From Acidimicrobiia bacterium (GTDB lineage: Bacteria > Actinomycetota > Acidimicrobiia > IMCC26256 > BP-133): a stretch of 64,000 nucleotides of DNA. The stretch's first letter is position 1, and each line of letters opens with the position of its first letter. Made by a program: the position numbers and the translations under genes. The notes under the pieces were generated by a model. That model had not been told where the DNA came from. It did no database searches and worked only from the letters and a program-made list of their open reading frames with translations. The stretch spans positions 1,367 through 65,366 of the forward strand of contig JBIOUX010000164.1 in assembly GCA_044867425.1 (NCBI GenBank), given 5' to 3'. Positions 50,463-59,858 of the stretch are shown in pieces.

Positions 50463-51230
50463 TCAGGAGGGGACGGGGATCCAGTCGTAGAGGTAGAGGC
50501 CGACCATGGTGGCCGCCGTGAAGGCAGCCTGGGGGAGGGCCAGGCCGACGACGAAGATGGCCGTGCGGATGCGGCGGGGCACTACCCGGGCCTCGGCGGC
50601 GGCGATACCGGCACCGTCGGCCTGCGCCTCCACTCCCGAGGGAGACACCAGCACCCGCTCCCGGGGAGCCGCGGCTGGCGCCGGCTCCAGCTCCCGCCAG
50701 CCGAAGTGCTCGAGGACCTTCATGGCTTCGACGGTGAAGAAGATGATGCCGGCCAGCATCACGCCGGTGGTCACCAGGTGCAGCCAGGGGATGTTGAACA
50801 CGAGCCAGTTCCCGGCCTGGTGGTAGCGGTTGGTGTGGGCCCATTCGATGATGGCGCCTTCGACGGCGACGTTGCCGGCGAAGACGGCGGGGAAGATGAC
50901 CAGGTAGCGCCAGGCGCCGAGCTTCTGGCGCAGGGGAGCCTCCAGGTACCTGAGCCATACGAAGGCGCCGATCCCGAAGAAGGCGCCGTAGGACAGCGGG
51001 GCCCACAGGCCTTCGTTGCGGCTGCCCCAGCTGGCGATCCAGATGGTGTCGGGGTGGAAGTCCATGCGCCAGATCTCGGGGCTGGCCAGCACCCAGTCGT
51101 GCGTCCACGACAGCGTGCAGCCGAGATGGACCCCGAGCAGGAGGGTGTGGCGGGTGTGCTTCCACACCAGCCGGAGCCCGCCCAGCCACGAGGCCAGGAA
51201 GAACAGCTCCACCAGCCGGACGGCCACCAT
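50463..51230 (-). CDS. Trp-rich integral membrane protein, unknown function
   Basis: 255 aa with several TM helices. No motif was recognised. Confidence 0.6.
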   Translation of the reverse strand: MVAVRLVELFFLASWLGGLRLVWKHTRHTLLLGVHLGCTLSWTHDWVLASPEIWRMDFHPDTIWIASWGSRNEGLWAPLSYGAFFGIGAFVWLRYLEAPLRQKLGAWRYLVIFPAVFAGNVAVEGAIIEWAHTNRYHQAGNWLVFNIPWLHLVTTGVMLAGIIFFTVEAMKVLEHFGWRELEPAPAAAPRERVLVSPSGVEAQADGAGIAAAEARVVPRRIRTAIFVVGLALPQAAFTAATMVGLYLYDWIPVPS

Positions 51231-51251
51231 GTCACCCTTCCCTGCTCGCCG

Positions 51252-52796
51252 CTAGCTGCGGGCGCAGACGAACCGGTCGTTGCCCAGCGGGGCCACGATG
51301 GCGCCCTGGGCGATCTTGATGGGCACCATGCAGCGGTTGACGCGGCCGTGGGCACCCTGGTTGAAGGTGATGGGGGGGACCAGGCCGCCCAGCGTCTCGT
51401 CCCGCAGCGAGTAGAGAGCTTCGATGATGTCGGCGGGCCCGGGGTTGGGTTTGTCGCCAAACACGTCGGCCAGGCGCTCCACGAGCTTGCCCTGCACCCA
51501 GGCGGTGGAGCCGTAGCCGGCCAGGCGGGCGCCGGGGACGAAGCGGGCCACCGCCTCCCGGTAGGGCTTGAGCAGCGGCGAGCTGCCGTAGGGAGCGGTG
51601 GCGGAGAAGCCGAGGATCCCCACCGCGTCCTCGCCGGCGTTGAGCAACACGTCGTTGTTGACGGTGTAGCTGCCGGCCAGCACCGGGTTGTAGCCCTGGC
51701 GCTTGGCCGAGCGGGCGATGCGCACGATGCTGGCCTCGTCGACGGTGGTGATGATGGCGTCGGCGCCGGCGTTGCGGGCGGCCAGCACCTCGCCGGTGTA
51801 GTCGGGCTGGGCGATGGACACCTGCGCCTCGAAGACCACCTCGACGCCGTACTGGCCGGCGAACTCCCGCACCCGCTTGGCCTGGGCGCCACAGGAGGAG
51901 GCCTCCCGGCAGTAGAGGGTGGCGACCTTGCGGGCGTCCGACTGGACCACGATGTTGTGGAGGAGGCCGTGGCCGAGCGCCTCATCCGCCCCCATCTGGG
52001 GGTTGAACACCATGGGGCTGACATCCTCGACCTCGTTGCCGCCCGGCCCCCCGATCATGGGCACCTGCACCTGGTCCAGGTACTGGGTGACGGCGGCGGT
52101 GGTGATGACGAGGTAGGTGCCGACAAAGGCGATGACCTTGTCCTGCTCCACCATCTTGCGGGCCAGGGTGGCGGCCCGGGCCGGGTCGCCGCCGTCGTCG
52201 CCGAAGACCACCCGCACCGGATGGCCCCGCAGGCCGCCCCGGGCGTTGACGTCGGCCGCCCATGCCTTGGTGGCGGCCACGATGGACTGGGTGGCGGCGC
52301 CGATGACCCCGCTGGCCGTGCCCAGCGACCCGAAGACGAGTGGCGACCGTTCGCCCGCCACCGGTGCCGCCGGCGTCGCCGGCCCCGGGACGGGGCCGGC
52401 GGCACTGGCCGGTCCCGGCCGGGAGGCAGCGGCCGAGGACGTGGCGGGCGCCGCTCCCAACGGGGTGGTCCCGGACGCGGGGTCGCCGGCGGTTCCTCCG
52501 GCTGCCGCCGTGCTCCTGCCCGGGCCGCCGGTAGCCGGTCCCGAGGCCGTCAGTGCGCCCGAAGGTGCGGTGACGACTCCGGCGTTCGAGCCGGAACCGG
52601 TGGCCCCCGCGCCGGCGGAGGTCGGATCGGCGGCGGCGGAGGCGAGCGCCGGGGAAGCATCGGGACCGGGCGCGGTCAGCGAGCCGTTCACCTGCTGGAG
52701 GGCGGCTCGCTCCAACCGGGAGCCACAGCCGGACCCGGCCACCAGCGCCAGCAGGCAGGCGGCGCCGGAACGACGAAGCGCGGACCCCCGGCTCAT
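51252..52796 (-). CDS. ABC transporter substrate-binding lipoprotein (Leu/Ile/Val-type), copy 2 (more divergent)
   Basis: The start MSRGSALRRSGAACLLALVAGSGCGS carries a lipobox and overlaps the upstream stop (ATGA). A long Ala/Pro/Ser/Gly linker is followed by a LivJ-like core. Confidence 0.85.
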   Translation of the reverse strand: MSRGSALRRSGAACLLALVAGSGCGSRLERAALQQVNGSLTAPGPDASPALASAAADPTSAGAGATGSGSNAGVVTAPSGALTASGPATGGPGRSTAAAGGTAGDPASGTTPLGAAPATSSAAASRPGPASAAGPVPGPATPAAPVAGERSPLVFGSLGTASGVIGAATQSIVAATKAWAADVNARGGLRGHPVRVVFGDDGGDPARAATLARKMVEQDKVIAFVGTYLVITTAAVTQYLDQVQVPMIGGPGGNEVEDVSPMVFNPQMGADEALGHGLLHNIVVQSDARKVATLYCREASSCGAQAKRVREFAGQYGVEVVFEAQVSIAQPDYTGEVLAARNAGADAIITTVDEASIVRIARSAKRQGYNPVLAGSYTVNNDVLLNAGEDAVGILGFSATAPYGSSPLLKPYREAVARFVPGARLAGYGSTAWVQGKLVERLADVFGDKPNPGPADIIEALYSLRDETLGGLVPPITFNQGAHGRVNRCMVPIKIAQGAIVAPLGNDRFVCARS

Positions 52797-54418
52797 CCCT
52801 CGGCGCGGAGGATCTCCGCGATCCGGTCGCGCAAGATCCGTTTGAGGATCTTGCCCGTGGGGTTGAGGGGCATGGCGTCGATGGCCTCCAGGCGTTCCGG
52901 GCACTTGATCCGGGCCAGCCCGGCGGCCGTCAGGTGCTGCTCGACCTCGGCCAGATCGGGGAGGCTCTGGCCCTCCCGGAGCACGAGGAAGGCGCACATG
53001 CGCTCCCCGAGGCGCTCGTCGGGCATGCCCACGCAGGCCGCCTCGGCCACCGCCGGGTGCGTGAGGAGGGCGGCCTCCGTCTCGGCCGGGCTGATGTTGT
53101 AGCCGCCCCGGATGATGATGTCCTTCTTGCGGCCGGCGATGCGCAGGTACCCGTCGGCGTCGATGACCCCGAGGTCGCCGGTTCGGACCCAGCCGTCGCC
53201 GAAGCGGTAGCGGGCGTCGAGCTCGGGGCTGTTGAAGTAGCGCAAGGGGGTCATGGGGCCCCGGGAGCAGACCTCGCCCACCTCACCCCCAGGGAGCTCG
53301 GAACCGTCGTCGTCGAGGATGCGGATGTGGCTGAGGGCCGGCGAGGGCCGCCCCACGGTGGCGGCGATCTTCTCCGGCGGGTCATCCCAGCCGGTCATGC
53401 AGATGGCCCCGTCGGAGCAGCCGTAGCCGTTGACGAACCGCGCTCCGAACACCTCGATGGTGCGCCGGACCCGGTCCTCGCTCATGGCCGCCCCGAAGCT
53501 GCCCACCGCCCGCAGCGAAGACAGGTCGACGCCCTCGGGCCTGGCCTCGAGCATCATGCCCAGCATGGTGGGCACTCCGAAGAGGTGCGTGATCCGCTCC
53601 CGCTCGATCAGCTTGAACATTCCCGCCGGATCGAACATCGAGGTGACCACCAGGGTGACGCCGAAGCGGGAAATGGCGGCGTAGGTGCCGAGGGCCCCGA
53701 AGCCGGTGGAGAGGGGCGGCAGGAGGAGGAAGCGGGTGTCGTTGTCGGGCCGGATGGCGCCCAGGACGTTGGCGATCCCGCCGCCGATCCCGTCGTGGGA
53801 GTAGAGCACCATCTTGGGCTCGCCCTCTGTCCCCGAGGTGACGATGATGCGGGCCGGGTCGGCGGGGCGCACCTTGACCGGTGGGCGGGTGCCCGGGTCG
53901 GGGCCGGCCAGGACCTCGTCGAGGGAGTCGCAGCCCGGGGCGGGATCGCCCAGGACGGCGAGGTGGCGCAGGGCGGGGAGCTCGCCCTGGAGCTCGACCA
54001 TCATCTGCGCGAAGTCGAAGTCCCGGAACCGCCGGGCGAACAGGCAGGCTACCGCGCCGGAGCGGGTGAGGAGGGATCGGACCTCCCGGTGCCGGTAGAG
54101 GATGGGGTAGGCCAGGCAGGTGGCGCCGACGCTGGCCACGGCCAGGTCGGCGGCGCACGCATGATGGGTGTTGGCGAACTGGATGGCGACCACGTCACCG
54201 GCGCCGACGCCGGCTTGGTGGAGGTAGGCGCCGATGCGGCGCGCCTCGGCCGCCAGCTCGGTGTAGGTCACGGCGCCGTCGTCGTCGATGAGCGCGGTCT
54301 TGTCGGGATGGCGGTCCACCTGCCGGGAGAAGAGCGTCATGAGGTCGACACCGGGACAGTGCCCGTCCGCCACCCACTGAGCCCGTAACTCGGCCGGTAC
54401 GAGATCCGTGGTCTCCAT
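52793..54418 (-). CDS. AMP-dependent acyl-CoA synthetase/ligase
   Basis: TSGTEGEPKMV, GYLRIAGRKKDIIIRGGYNI and the C-terminal PTGKILK are present. The start was chosen at METTDLV (54416-54418), after a G-rich RBS. Confidence 0.88.
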   Translation of the reverse strand: METTDLVPAELRAQWVADGHCPGVDLMTLFSRQVDRHPDKTALIDDDGAVTYTELAAEARRIGAYLHQAGVGAGDVVAIQFANTHHACAADLAVASVGATCLAYPILYRHREVRSLLTRSGAVACLFARRFRDFDFAQMMVELQGELPALRHLAVLGDPAPGCDSLDEVLAGPDPGTRPPVKVRPADPARIIVTSGTEGEPKMVLYSHDGIGGGIANVLGAIRPDNDTRFLLLPPLSTGFGALGTYAAISRFGVTLVVTSMFDPAGMFKLIERERITHLFGVPTMLGMMLEARPEGVDLSSLRAVGSFGAAMSEDRVRRTIEVFGARFVNGYGCSDGAICMTGWDDPPEKIAATVGRPSPALSHIRILDDDGSELPGGEVGEVCSRGPMTPLRYFNSPELDARYRFGDGWVRTGDLGVIDADGYLRIAGRKKDIIIRGGYNISPAETEAALLTHPAVAEAACVGMPDERLGERMCAFLVLREGQSLPDLAEVEQHLTAAGLARIKCPERLEAIDAMPLNPTGKILKRILRDRIAEILRAEG

Positions 54419-54456
54419 GTTGCCCCCCGACCCCCCGACATTTGACCCCAAAATTC

Positions 54457-54480
54457 CGAATGAGCAGTCAGTCGGTCAGT
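54457..54480. promoter_or_regulatory. Operator-like motif CGAATGA-GCAG-TCAGTC(GGTCAGT), with a 4-nt reiteration relative to the 61015 site
   Basis: It lies between the P450 stop (54511) and the acyl-CoA synthetase start (54418). Confidence 0.5.
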
Positions 54481-54510
54481 TTAGGGCACCGGCCGGCCGT
54501 CTGCCACCCG

Positions 54511-55704
54511 TCACCACACCACGGGGAGGTGCTTGACCCACCGGGTGATGACCCCGCTCATCACCACGGCCTCCGGATCCTCGAGGTGGAACGTGGGGAG
54601 GCGGTTCAGGATCTCTTCCAGGGCGACCCGCATCTCGAGCCGGGCCAGATGGGCGCCGATGCAGCGGTGGGGTCCCGACCCGAAGGCGAGGTGCCGGTTG
54701 TTGGGGCGGTCGTAGACGAATTCGTCGGGGTCGGCGAAGGCATCTGGGTCGCGGTTGGCGGAGGCCCAGGACAGGATCACCTTTTCACCTTCCGCCAGGG
54801 CCGTGCCGGCGAAGGTGGTGGGGTGGGTGATGGTGCGGGAGAAGTACTGGACGGGGGCGTCGAGGCGCAGCGACTCCTCCATGGCGCTGAACCGCAGGGC
54901 GGGGTCGTCACGCAGCCGGTCCTGGATCTCCGGGTGACGGGCCAGTTGCAGCAGCAGGGAGCCGATGGCGCCGGTGGTCGTCTCGTGCCCGGCCACCACC
55001 AGCAGGAAGGTGATGCCGAGGACCTCCTCCTCGGTCAGCTCCCGCCCCTCGTAGCGCAGCTGGACGATCTTGGTGAGGAGGTCGTCGATGGGGTGCTCCC
55101 GCCGGTCCTCCAGGAGGTTGTAGAGGTAGCTGAAGAGCTGGAGGGCCTGTTCGGCGTTGACCTGGCTGTCCTCGGCGGCGGCGGCCTGGAGCATCATCTC
55201 GGTCAACTCCCGGTAGTACGACCAGTCTTCTTCGGGCAGACCGATCATGTGGGCGATGACCATGGGGGGCGCCGGCACGGCCAGCTCCTGGGCCAGGTCG
55301 GCCCGGCGGTGGCCGGCGAAGTTGTCGATGAGCCCACCGACGATGGAGCGGATGGCCGGCTCCAGCCCCGCGCAGTACTGGGGCGAGAACCAGGCCTGGA
55401 TCAGGTGGCGCCACTTGGTGTGCTCCGGCGGGTCGACCTCGAGGGGGATGGCGTTCAGGGGGTTCCCGAAGTCGGGCAGGCTGACACCCTCGGCCGAGCT
55501 GAACGCCCCGGTGTCGTGCGCCGCCTCGCAGACGTCGGCGAAGCGGGAGATCACATGGAAGCCCCCGAATCGGCTGCCGTGACCGATCGGACACTTCTCG
55601 CGCATGACGGCGTAGGCCGGGTACGGGTCATGCACCACCCGCGGGTCGGTGGGGTCGAAGTCCTGGGCCAGTTCGACCGGGTCGTAGCGCTCGGTGGGTG
55701 TCAT
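54511..55704 (-). CDS. Cytochrome P450
   Basis: The heme-thiolate loop is FGSGPHRCIGAHLA and the I-helix is AGHETT. The start MTPTERYD overlaps the upstream ACAD stop. Confidence 0.92.
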   Translation of the reverse strand: MTPTERYDPVELAQDFDPTDPRVVHDPYPAYAVMREKCPIGHGSRFGGFHVISRFADVCEAAHDTGAFSSAEGVSLPDFGNPLNAIPLEVDPPEHTKWRHLIQAWFSPQYCAGLEPAIRSIVGGLIDNFAGHRRADLAQELAVPAPPMVIAHMIGLPEEDWSYYRELTEMMLQAAAAEDSQVNAEQALQLFSYLYNLLEDRREHPIDDLLTKIVQLRYEGRELTEEEVLGITFLLVVAGHETTTGAIGSLLLQLARHPEIQDRLRDDPALRFSAMEESLRLDAPVQYFSRTITHPTTFAGTALAEGEKVILSWASANRDPDAFADPDEFVYDRPNNRHLAFGSGPHRCIGAHLARLEMRVALEEILNRLPTFHLEDPEAVVMSGVITRWVKHLPVVW

Positions 55705-56846
55705 CTCGTCCCCCTTGACTTCTTGGCCAGCAACCGGCTGAGGATGACCCGCTGGATCTGGTTGGTGCCCTCGTAGATCTGGAGCACCTTGGCGTCGCGC
55801 ATCATCCGCTCGACGGGGTGGTCGGCCAGGTAGCCGTGGCCCCCCAGGCACTGCACGGCGTCCGTCGCCACTTTCATGGCCGTATCGGTGCACAACGTCT
55901 TGGCCATGGCCGAGAGCTCGCCCGCCCGCGGGCCGCCGCGGTCGACCTCGGCCGCCGCCGCGTAGAGAAGCTCGCGGGCGGCCTCGATCTGGATGGCCAT
56001 GTCGGCGATCATGAACGACACGCCCTGGAACTCGTAGACGGGCCTCCCGAACGCCTTGCGCTCCAGGGTGTAGGCGAGGGCGTACTCCATGGCTGCGGTG
56101 GCCAGGCCGACGCCCTGGGCGGCCACGTTGGGGCGGGCGAAGACGAACATGGCCATGAGCGCCGAAAAGCCGTGGTCGCCGCCGATCAGGTTCTCGGCCG
56201 GGACCTCGACGTTGTCGAAGGACAGGCCGACGATGGTGGAGCCCCGGAGGCCCATCTTCCGCTCCCGCCCGGTGACGGTCACCCCCGGGGACTCCCGGCC
56301 GTCGATGAGCAGGAGACGCACGCCCGCCGGGCCTGAGCCCGGGTCGAGCGTCACCAGTGTCGTGTAGAAGTCGGACACGTCCCCGTTGGTGATGAAGCAC
56401 TTCGTCCCGTTGACCACGTAGGAGCCGCCCTTGTCCACCGCGTGGGTGCGGATCGCCCCGAGGTCGCTGCCCGCCTCGGGCTCGGTGCTGGCCAGGCAGG
56501 ACACCCGCTCCTCCAGGCGGGGGAAGAGCCGGTCCTGCTGCTCGGCGGTGCCGGCGAAGCGCAGGGTGAGGACGGCCCCGAAGTGCTGGAACAGCTGGCA
56601 GGCGGCAGTCGAGACCTTGGCGATCTCCTCGGCCAGGATGACCCACTCGGTGGAGCCGGCCTCGGCGCCGCCGTAGGTGGCGGGGGTGAGGATCGACAGC
56701 CAGCCCTGGTCCCGGTAGAGCTGGAGGAGGTCGTGGGGGAACTCGTCGTCGGCTTCCATGCGGGCCCCGATGGGGGCGATCCGCTCCGTCGCCACCCGCC
56801 GCACGGTGTCGGCGAACAGCTCCTGGTCGGGCGTCAGGGTCGGCAT
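55701..56846 (-). CDS. Acyl-CoA dehydrogenase (canonical YEGT catalytic Glu present)
   Basis: 381 aa with QIYEGTNQIQ near the C-terminus. It is a close paralogue of 59859-61007. Confidence 0.92.
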   Translation of the reverse strand: MPTLTPDQELFADTVRRVATERIAPIGARMEADDEFPHDLLQLYRDQGWLSILTPATYGGAEAGSTEWVILAEEIAKVSTAACQLFQHFGAVLTLRFAGTAEQQDRLFPRLEERVSCLASTEPEAGSDLGAIRTHAVDKGGSYVVNGTKCFITNGDVSDFYTTLVTLDPGSGPAGVRLLLIDGRESPGVTVTGRERKMGLRGSTIVGLSFDNVEVPAENLIGGDHGFSALMAMFVFARPNVAAQGVGLATAAMEYALAYTLERKAFGRPVYEFQGVSFMIADMAIQIEAARELLYAAAAEVDRGGPRAGELSAMAKTLCTDTAMKVATDAVQCLGGHGYLADHPVERMMRDAKVLQIYEGTNQIQRVILSRLLAKKSRGTR

Positions 56847-57997
56847 CAGCCGGGGGTCACGCCGAAGAGGTCGCGGGCGATGAGCATGCGCTGGGTGTTG
56901 GCCGGGCCCTCACCCAGCTCGGTGGCGAGGATGTCGCGCAGGCGAACCTGGGCGGGATGCTCCCGGCTGTAGGCCACATGCCCGATGGTCAGGATCGACT
57001 CGTGGCACACCCAGGCGGCCAGCCGGGGGATCCACGACTTGGCCATGGCCGCCTCCTGGCGGAAGTCCTCCGCCCGGTCGGCCTTCCACAGCGCCCGCTG
57101 CGCCAGCAGCCGGGCTGCCTCGAGTTGCGTGACGGCGTCGGCCAGCGGGAAGGCGATCCCCTGGCGGGTGGCCAGCGGCGCCCCGAAGGTCACCCGGTCC
57201 TTGGCCCAGGCCACGGCGTCGTCCACGGCTGCCCGGGCCACGCCGAGGCACACGCAGCAGACGAGCACCTTGGAGGAGGCCAGCGAGCCGAGGGCGCTGC
57301 GCAGCCCGCTGCCGGGCTCGCCGAGGAGGGCGTCGGCGGGGACCTCGACGTCGTCGAAGGTCACCACCGCCCGTCCCAGGGGCCGGCTGCCCATGTCGTC
57401 GAAGGGCGCCACCGTGACCCCGGGGGCGTCCATCGGAACGAAGAACATCGCCGGGCCTGACATCTCGGGGGCACCCCGGGCCCCGGGCTCGGTGCGGGCA
57501 AGCACGAAGGCCACCGGGGACTCGGAGAAGCTCATGGACGACTTCTCGCCTCGAAGGACGAATCCACCGTCCGTGGGTTTGGCCGTGGCCGCCAGGGCGG
57601 CGATGTCGGATCCGGTGCCGGGCTCGGTGAAGGCGAGGCCGAAGGTCGTGTCGCCGGTCGTCGCCCGGGGCAACCACTGCGCCTTCAAGCGGTCGGAACC
57701 CAGGCGCCACAACAGCTTCCCGGCTGTCCCGGCCTGGATGATCATAAGGGCGGTGGTGTAGTCGGCCCGGCCCAGTTCCTCGCACACCAGACCGGCGGCC
57801 AGCTCGCCGGCGCCCTGCCCGCCCGCCTCGGCGGGGACGTGGACCCCCAGGAGCCCCGAGGTGGCGAGCAGCTTCAGCGTCTCCCAGGGGAAGACGCCGG
57901 CCCGGTCCCGCTCCACGTATCCGGGGGCGAGCTCGCGAGCGACCCGGCGGGCCACGGCGACGAGCTCTTCGTGTTCGGGCAGATGGGCGAAGTCCAT
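56846..57997 (-). CDS. Acyl-CoA dehydrogenase
   Basis: 383 aa ACAD-fold sequence. Its stop overlaps the start of the downstream ACAD by 1 nt. Confidence 0.9.
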   Translation of the reverse strand: MDFAHLPEHEELVAVARRVARELAPGYVERDRAGVFPWETLKLLATSGLLGVHVPAEAGGQGAGELAAGLVCEELGRADYTTALMIIQAGTAGKLLWRLGSDRLKAQWLPRATTGDTTFGLAFTEPGTGSDIAALAATAKPTDGGFVLRGEKSSMSFSESPVAFVLARTEPGARGAPEMSGPAMFFVPMDAPGVTVAPFDDMGSRPLGRAVVTFDDVEVPADALLGEPGSGLRSALGSLASSKVLVCCVCLGVARAAVDDAVAWAKDRVTFGAPLATRQGIAFPLADAVTQLEAARLLAQRALWKADRAEDFRQEAAMAKSWIPRLAAWVCHESILTIGHVAYSREHPAQVRLRDILATELGEGPANTQRMLIARDLFGVTPG

Positions 57998-58015
57998 TCG
58001 GCAGGTCTCCTCGGG

Positions 58016-58993
58016 CTACTTGGCCGGCTCGTGCGGGTGGAACTGTGGGACCCACTTGCGCACGGCCTGGTAGGGGCCGGCCTCCTCGGGCACGAAGGGC
58101 GGGCGCTCCTGGTAGCGCAGGTTCTCCCAGATGGGGAAGTCCTCCTGGGCCAGCTTGTACTGGAGGGCGTAGAGCATGTCCCGCTGCTTCTCGGGCAGCG
58201 TGCGGGGCACGAAGACGGTGAAGTGGAAGTCGCTCCGGTCCCCGTCGATCGGCGTGATGCAGGCCGATTGTGAGGTGTCCCCCAGGCCCTTGATGTTGGT
58301 GAGCAGGAGGCCGAGCCCCTGGACGAAGACGTCGAACTCCCCCTGGGCGGCGGTGAGGGGGATCTCCTCGTCCTGGGCGTCGAGCGGCTCGGTGAAGCGC
58401 TGGACGCTGTGGATCCTGTGGCCGTCGGTGGAGAACTCGAGGAAGGCCGGGACCCGTACCGTCCCGTGCACGTAGCGGAAGTGGAAGATGTCGGGGAGGT
58501 TCTCGATCAGCAGCTGGGGCTGCATGGCCACGCCCTCCCAGCGCCGGGCGCCGTCGGGCCACACGGGGTAGTAGTCGTCGAGGGGGAAGGGCAGCTGCAG
58601 CTTCTCCGGCTCCCACGACGGTGGGTTGCCGGCGGCGTCGTGCCACACCAGCACGAAGGGCTCGACCTCCCGGACCTGCCAGGTCGGAATGCGCTTGGCC
58701 TGCGTCTTGCGCTTGGAATAGGGGATGTCGACGGTGCAGCCCTCGCAGCTCCAGCGCCAGTGGTGGAAGGGGCAGATGATGTCGTCGCCGGCCACTTCGC
58801 CGCCGAAGCCCAGGTGGGCACCGAGATGGGCGCAGTGGGCGTCGAGGACGTGGACCTGGCCTGACTCACCCCGGTAGGCGACCAGGTCGCGGTCGAAATA
58901 GTGCATGGGCTTCACGTTGCCCACCGCCAGCTCGTCGCTCCAGGCGATCTGGAACCAGCCCGTGGGCATGGTGGTCCACGGAAAACCTTTCAT
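58016..58993 (-). CDS. Rieske [2Fe-2S] non-heme-iron oxygenase, KshA-like
   Basis: CAHLGAHL...CPFHHWRW is the Rieske motif. The N-terminus MPTGWFQIAWSDEL resembles the ketosteroid 9-alpha-hydroxylase-type family. The start at 58991-58993 overlaps the LLM stop. Confidence 0.85.
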   Translation of the reverse strand: MKGFPWTTMPTGWFQIAWSDELAVGNVKPMHYFDRDLVAYRGESGQVHVLDAHCAHLGAHLGFGGEVAGDDIICPFHHWRWSCEGCTVDIPYSKRKTQAKRIPTWQVREVEPFVLVWHDAAGNPPSWEPEKLQLPFPLDDYYPVWPDGARRWEGVAMQPQLLIENLPDIFHFRYVHGTVRVPAFLEFSTDGHRIHSVQRFTEPLDAQDEEIPLTAAQGEFDVFVQGLGLLLTNIKGLGDTSQSACITPIDGDRSDFHFTVFVPRTLPEKQRDMLYALQYKLAQEDFPIWENLRYQERPPFVPEEAGPYQAVRKWVPQFHPHEPAK

Positions 58994-59856
58994 GTGTACT
59001 CCTGGAAGACGTTCCACAGGGCGTCGACCGAAGCCAGCCATCCGTCCAGCATCCGTTGGGTGGGGGAGGAGAGGACGTGGTCGACTCCGGCCTCGACAGA
59101 GGCGTCGAGGTGGCGGCGGAGCTCGTCGAGGTCACCCGACAGGCCGTCGACATCAAGCCGCATGGAAATCGTGAATTGCGGCTCCGGCCGCTCCTCCCGG
59201 AGCCGCTTCGCCGTGGTCGTGAGGTCGTCGAGGGTGACGTAGCGACGCTGGTCCGGGTTGGCCAGCTGGCGGAGGGGGACACCGACGCCCTGCCACCCGT
59301 CGCCCTTCTCCACCGCCCGGCGGAGCGCCCGCTCGCTCGTGCCGCCGACCCAGATGGGGATGGGCCGGGTGGGCAGAGGCTTCACCTTCATGTCGCGGAA
59401 GCGGACGGTGGGACCGTCGAAGCTGGTCGGGGCCTCGGCCCAACAGGTGCGGAGCACGTCGACGGCTTCGTCGGTCAGGTCACCCCGGCGCCCGAAGGGG
59501 ACGCCGCAGGCGTCGAACTCGGCCTCCAGCCACCCGGCGCCGATGCCGAGTACGAGCCGGCCGCCGGAGAGGACGTCGATGGTGGCCAGCTGCTTGGCCG
59601 CCACCACCGGCCGGCGCAGGGGCAGGACGAGGACGCTGGTGCCCAGACCGACCCGGCTGGTCACGGCGCTGACGAAGGCCAGGGTGGACATGGCCTCCAG
59701 CAGAAACGACGGGGGATAGGGCACACCCTCGGGGACGGCGATGTGGTCGGCCACCCACACGTCGTCGAAGCCGAGGTCCTCGGCCTGGCGGGCCGTCCGG
59801 GTCAGGCTCTCGGGGCTGGCCGGACCGTACTGAGGGAGGGCGATCCCGAAGCGCAT
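58990..59856 (-). CDS. Luciferase-like (LLM class) flavin/F420-dependent oxidoreductase
   Basis: MRFGIALPQYG...DDVWVADHI...GGRLVLGIGAGW is present. The 605-aa ORF-track entry is a read-through into the upstream ACAD frame. Confidence 0.85.
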   Translation of the reverse strand: MRFGIALPQYGPASPESLTRTARQAEDLGFDDVWVADHIAVPEGVPYPPSFLLEAMSTLAFVSAVTSRVGLGTSVLVLPLRRPVVAAKQLATIDVLSGGRLVLGIGAGWLEAEFDACGVPFGRRGDLTDEAVDVLRTCWAEAPTSFDGPTVRFRDMKVKPLPTRPIPIWVGGTSERALRRAVEKGDGWQGVGVPLRQLANPDQRRYVTLDDLTTTAKRLREERPEPQFTISMRLDVDGLSGDLDELRRHLDASVEAGVDHVLSSPTQRMLDGWLASVDALWNVFQEYT

Positions 59857-59858
59857 GC

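Noticed and set aside
54511-56646. 711-aa and 605-aa (58990-60807) ORF-track entries that suggest fusion proteins.
   Set aside because: Their upstream halves are out-of-frame read-through across the neighbouring ACAD genes. Internal starts with ATGA overlaps give a normal-size P450 (397 aa) and a normal-size LLM oxidoreductase (288 aa).
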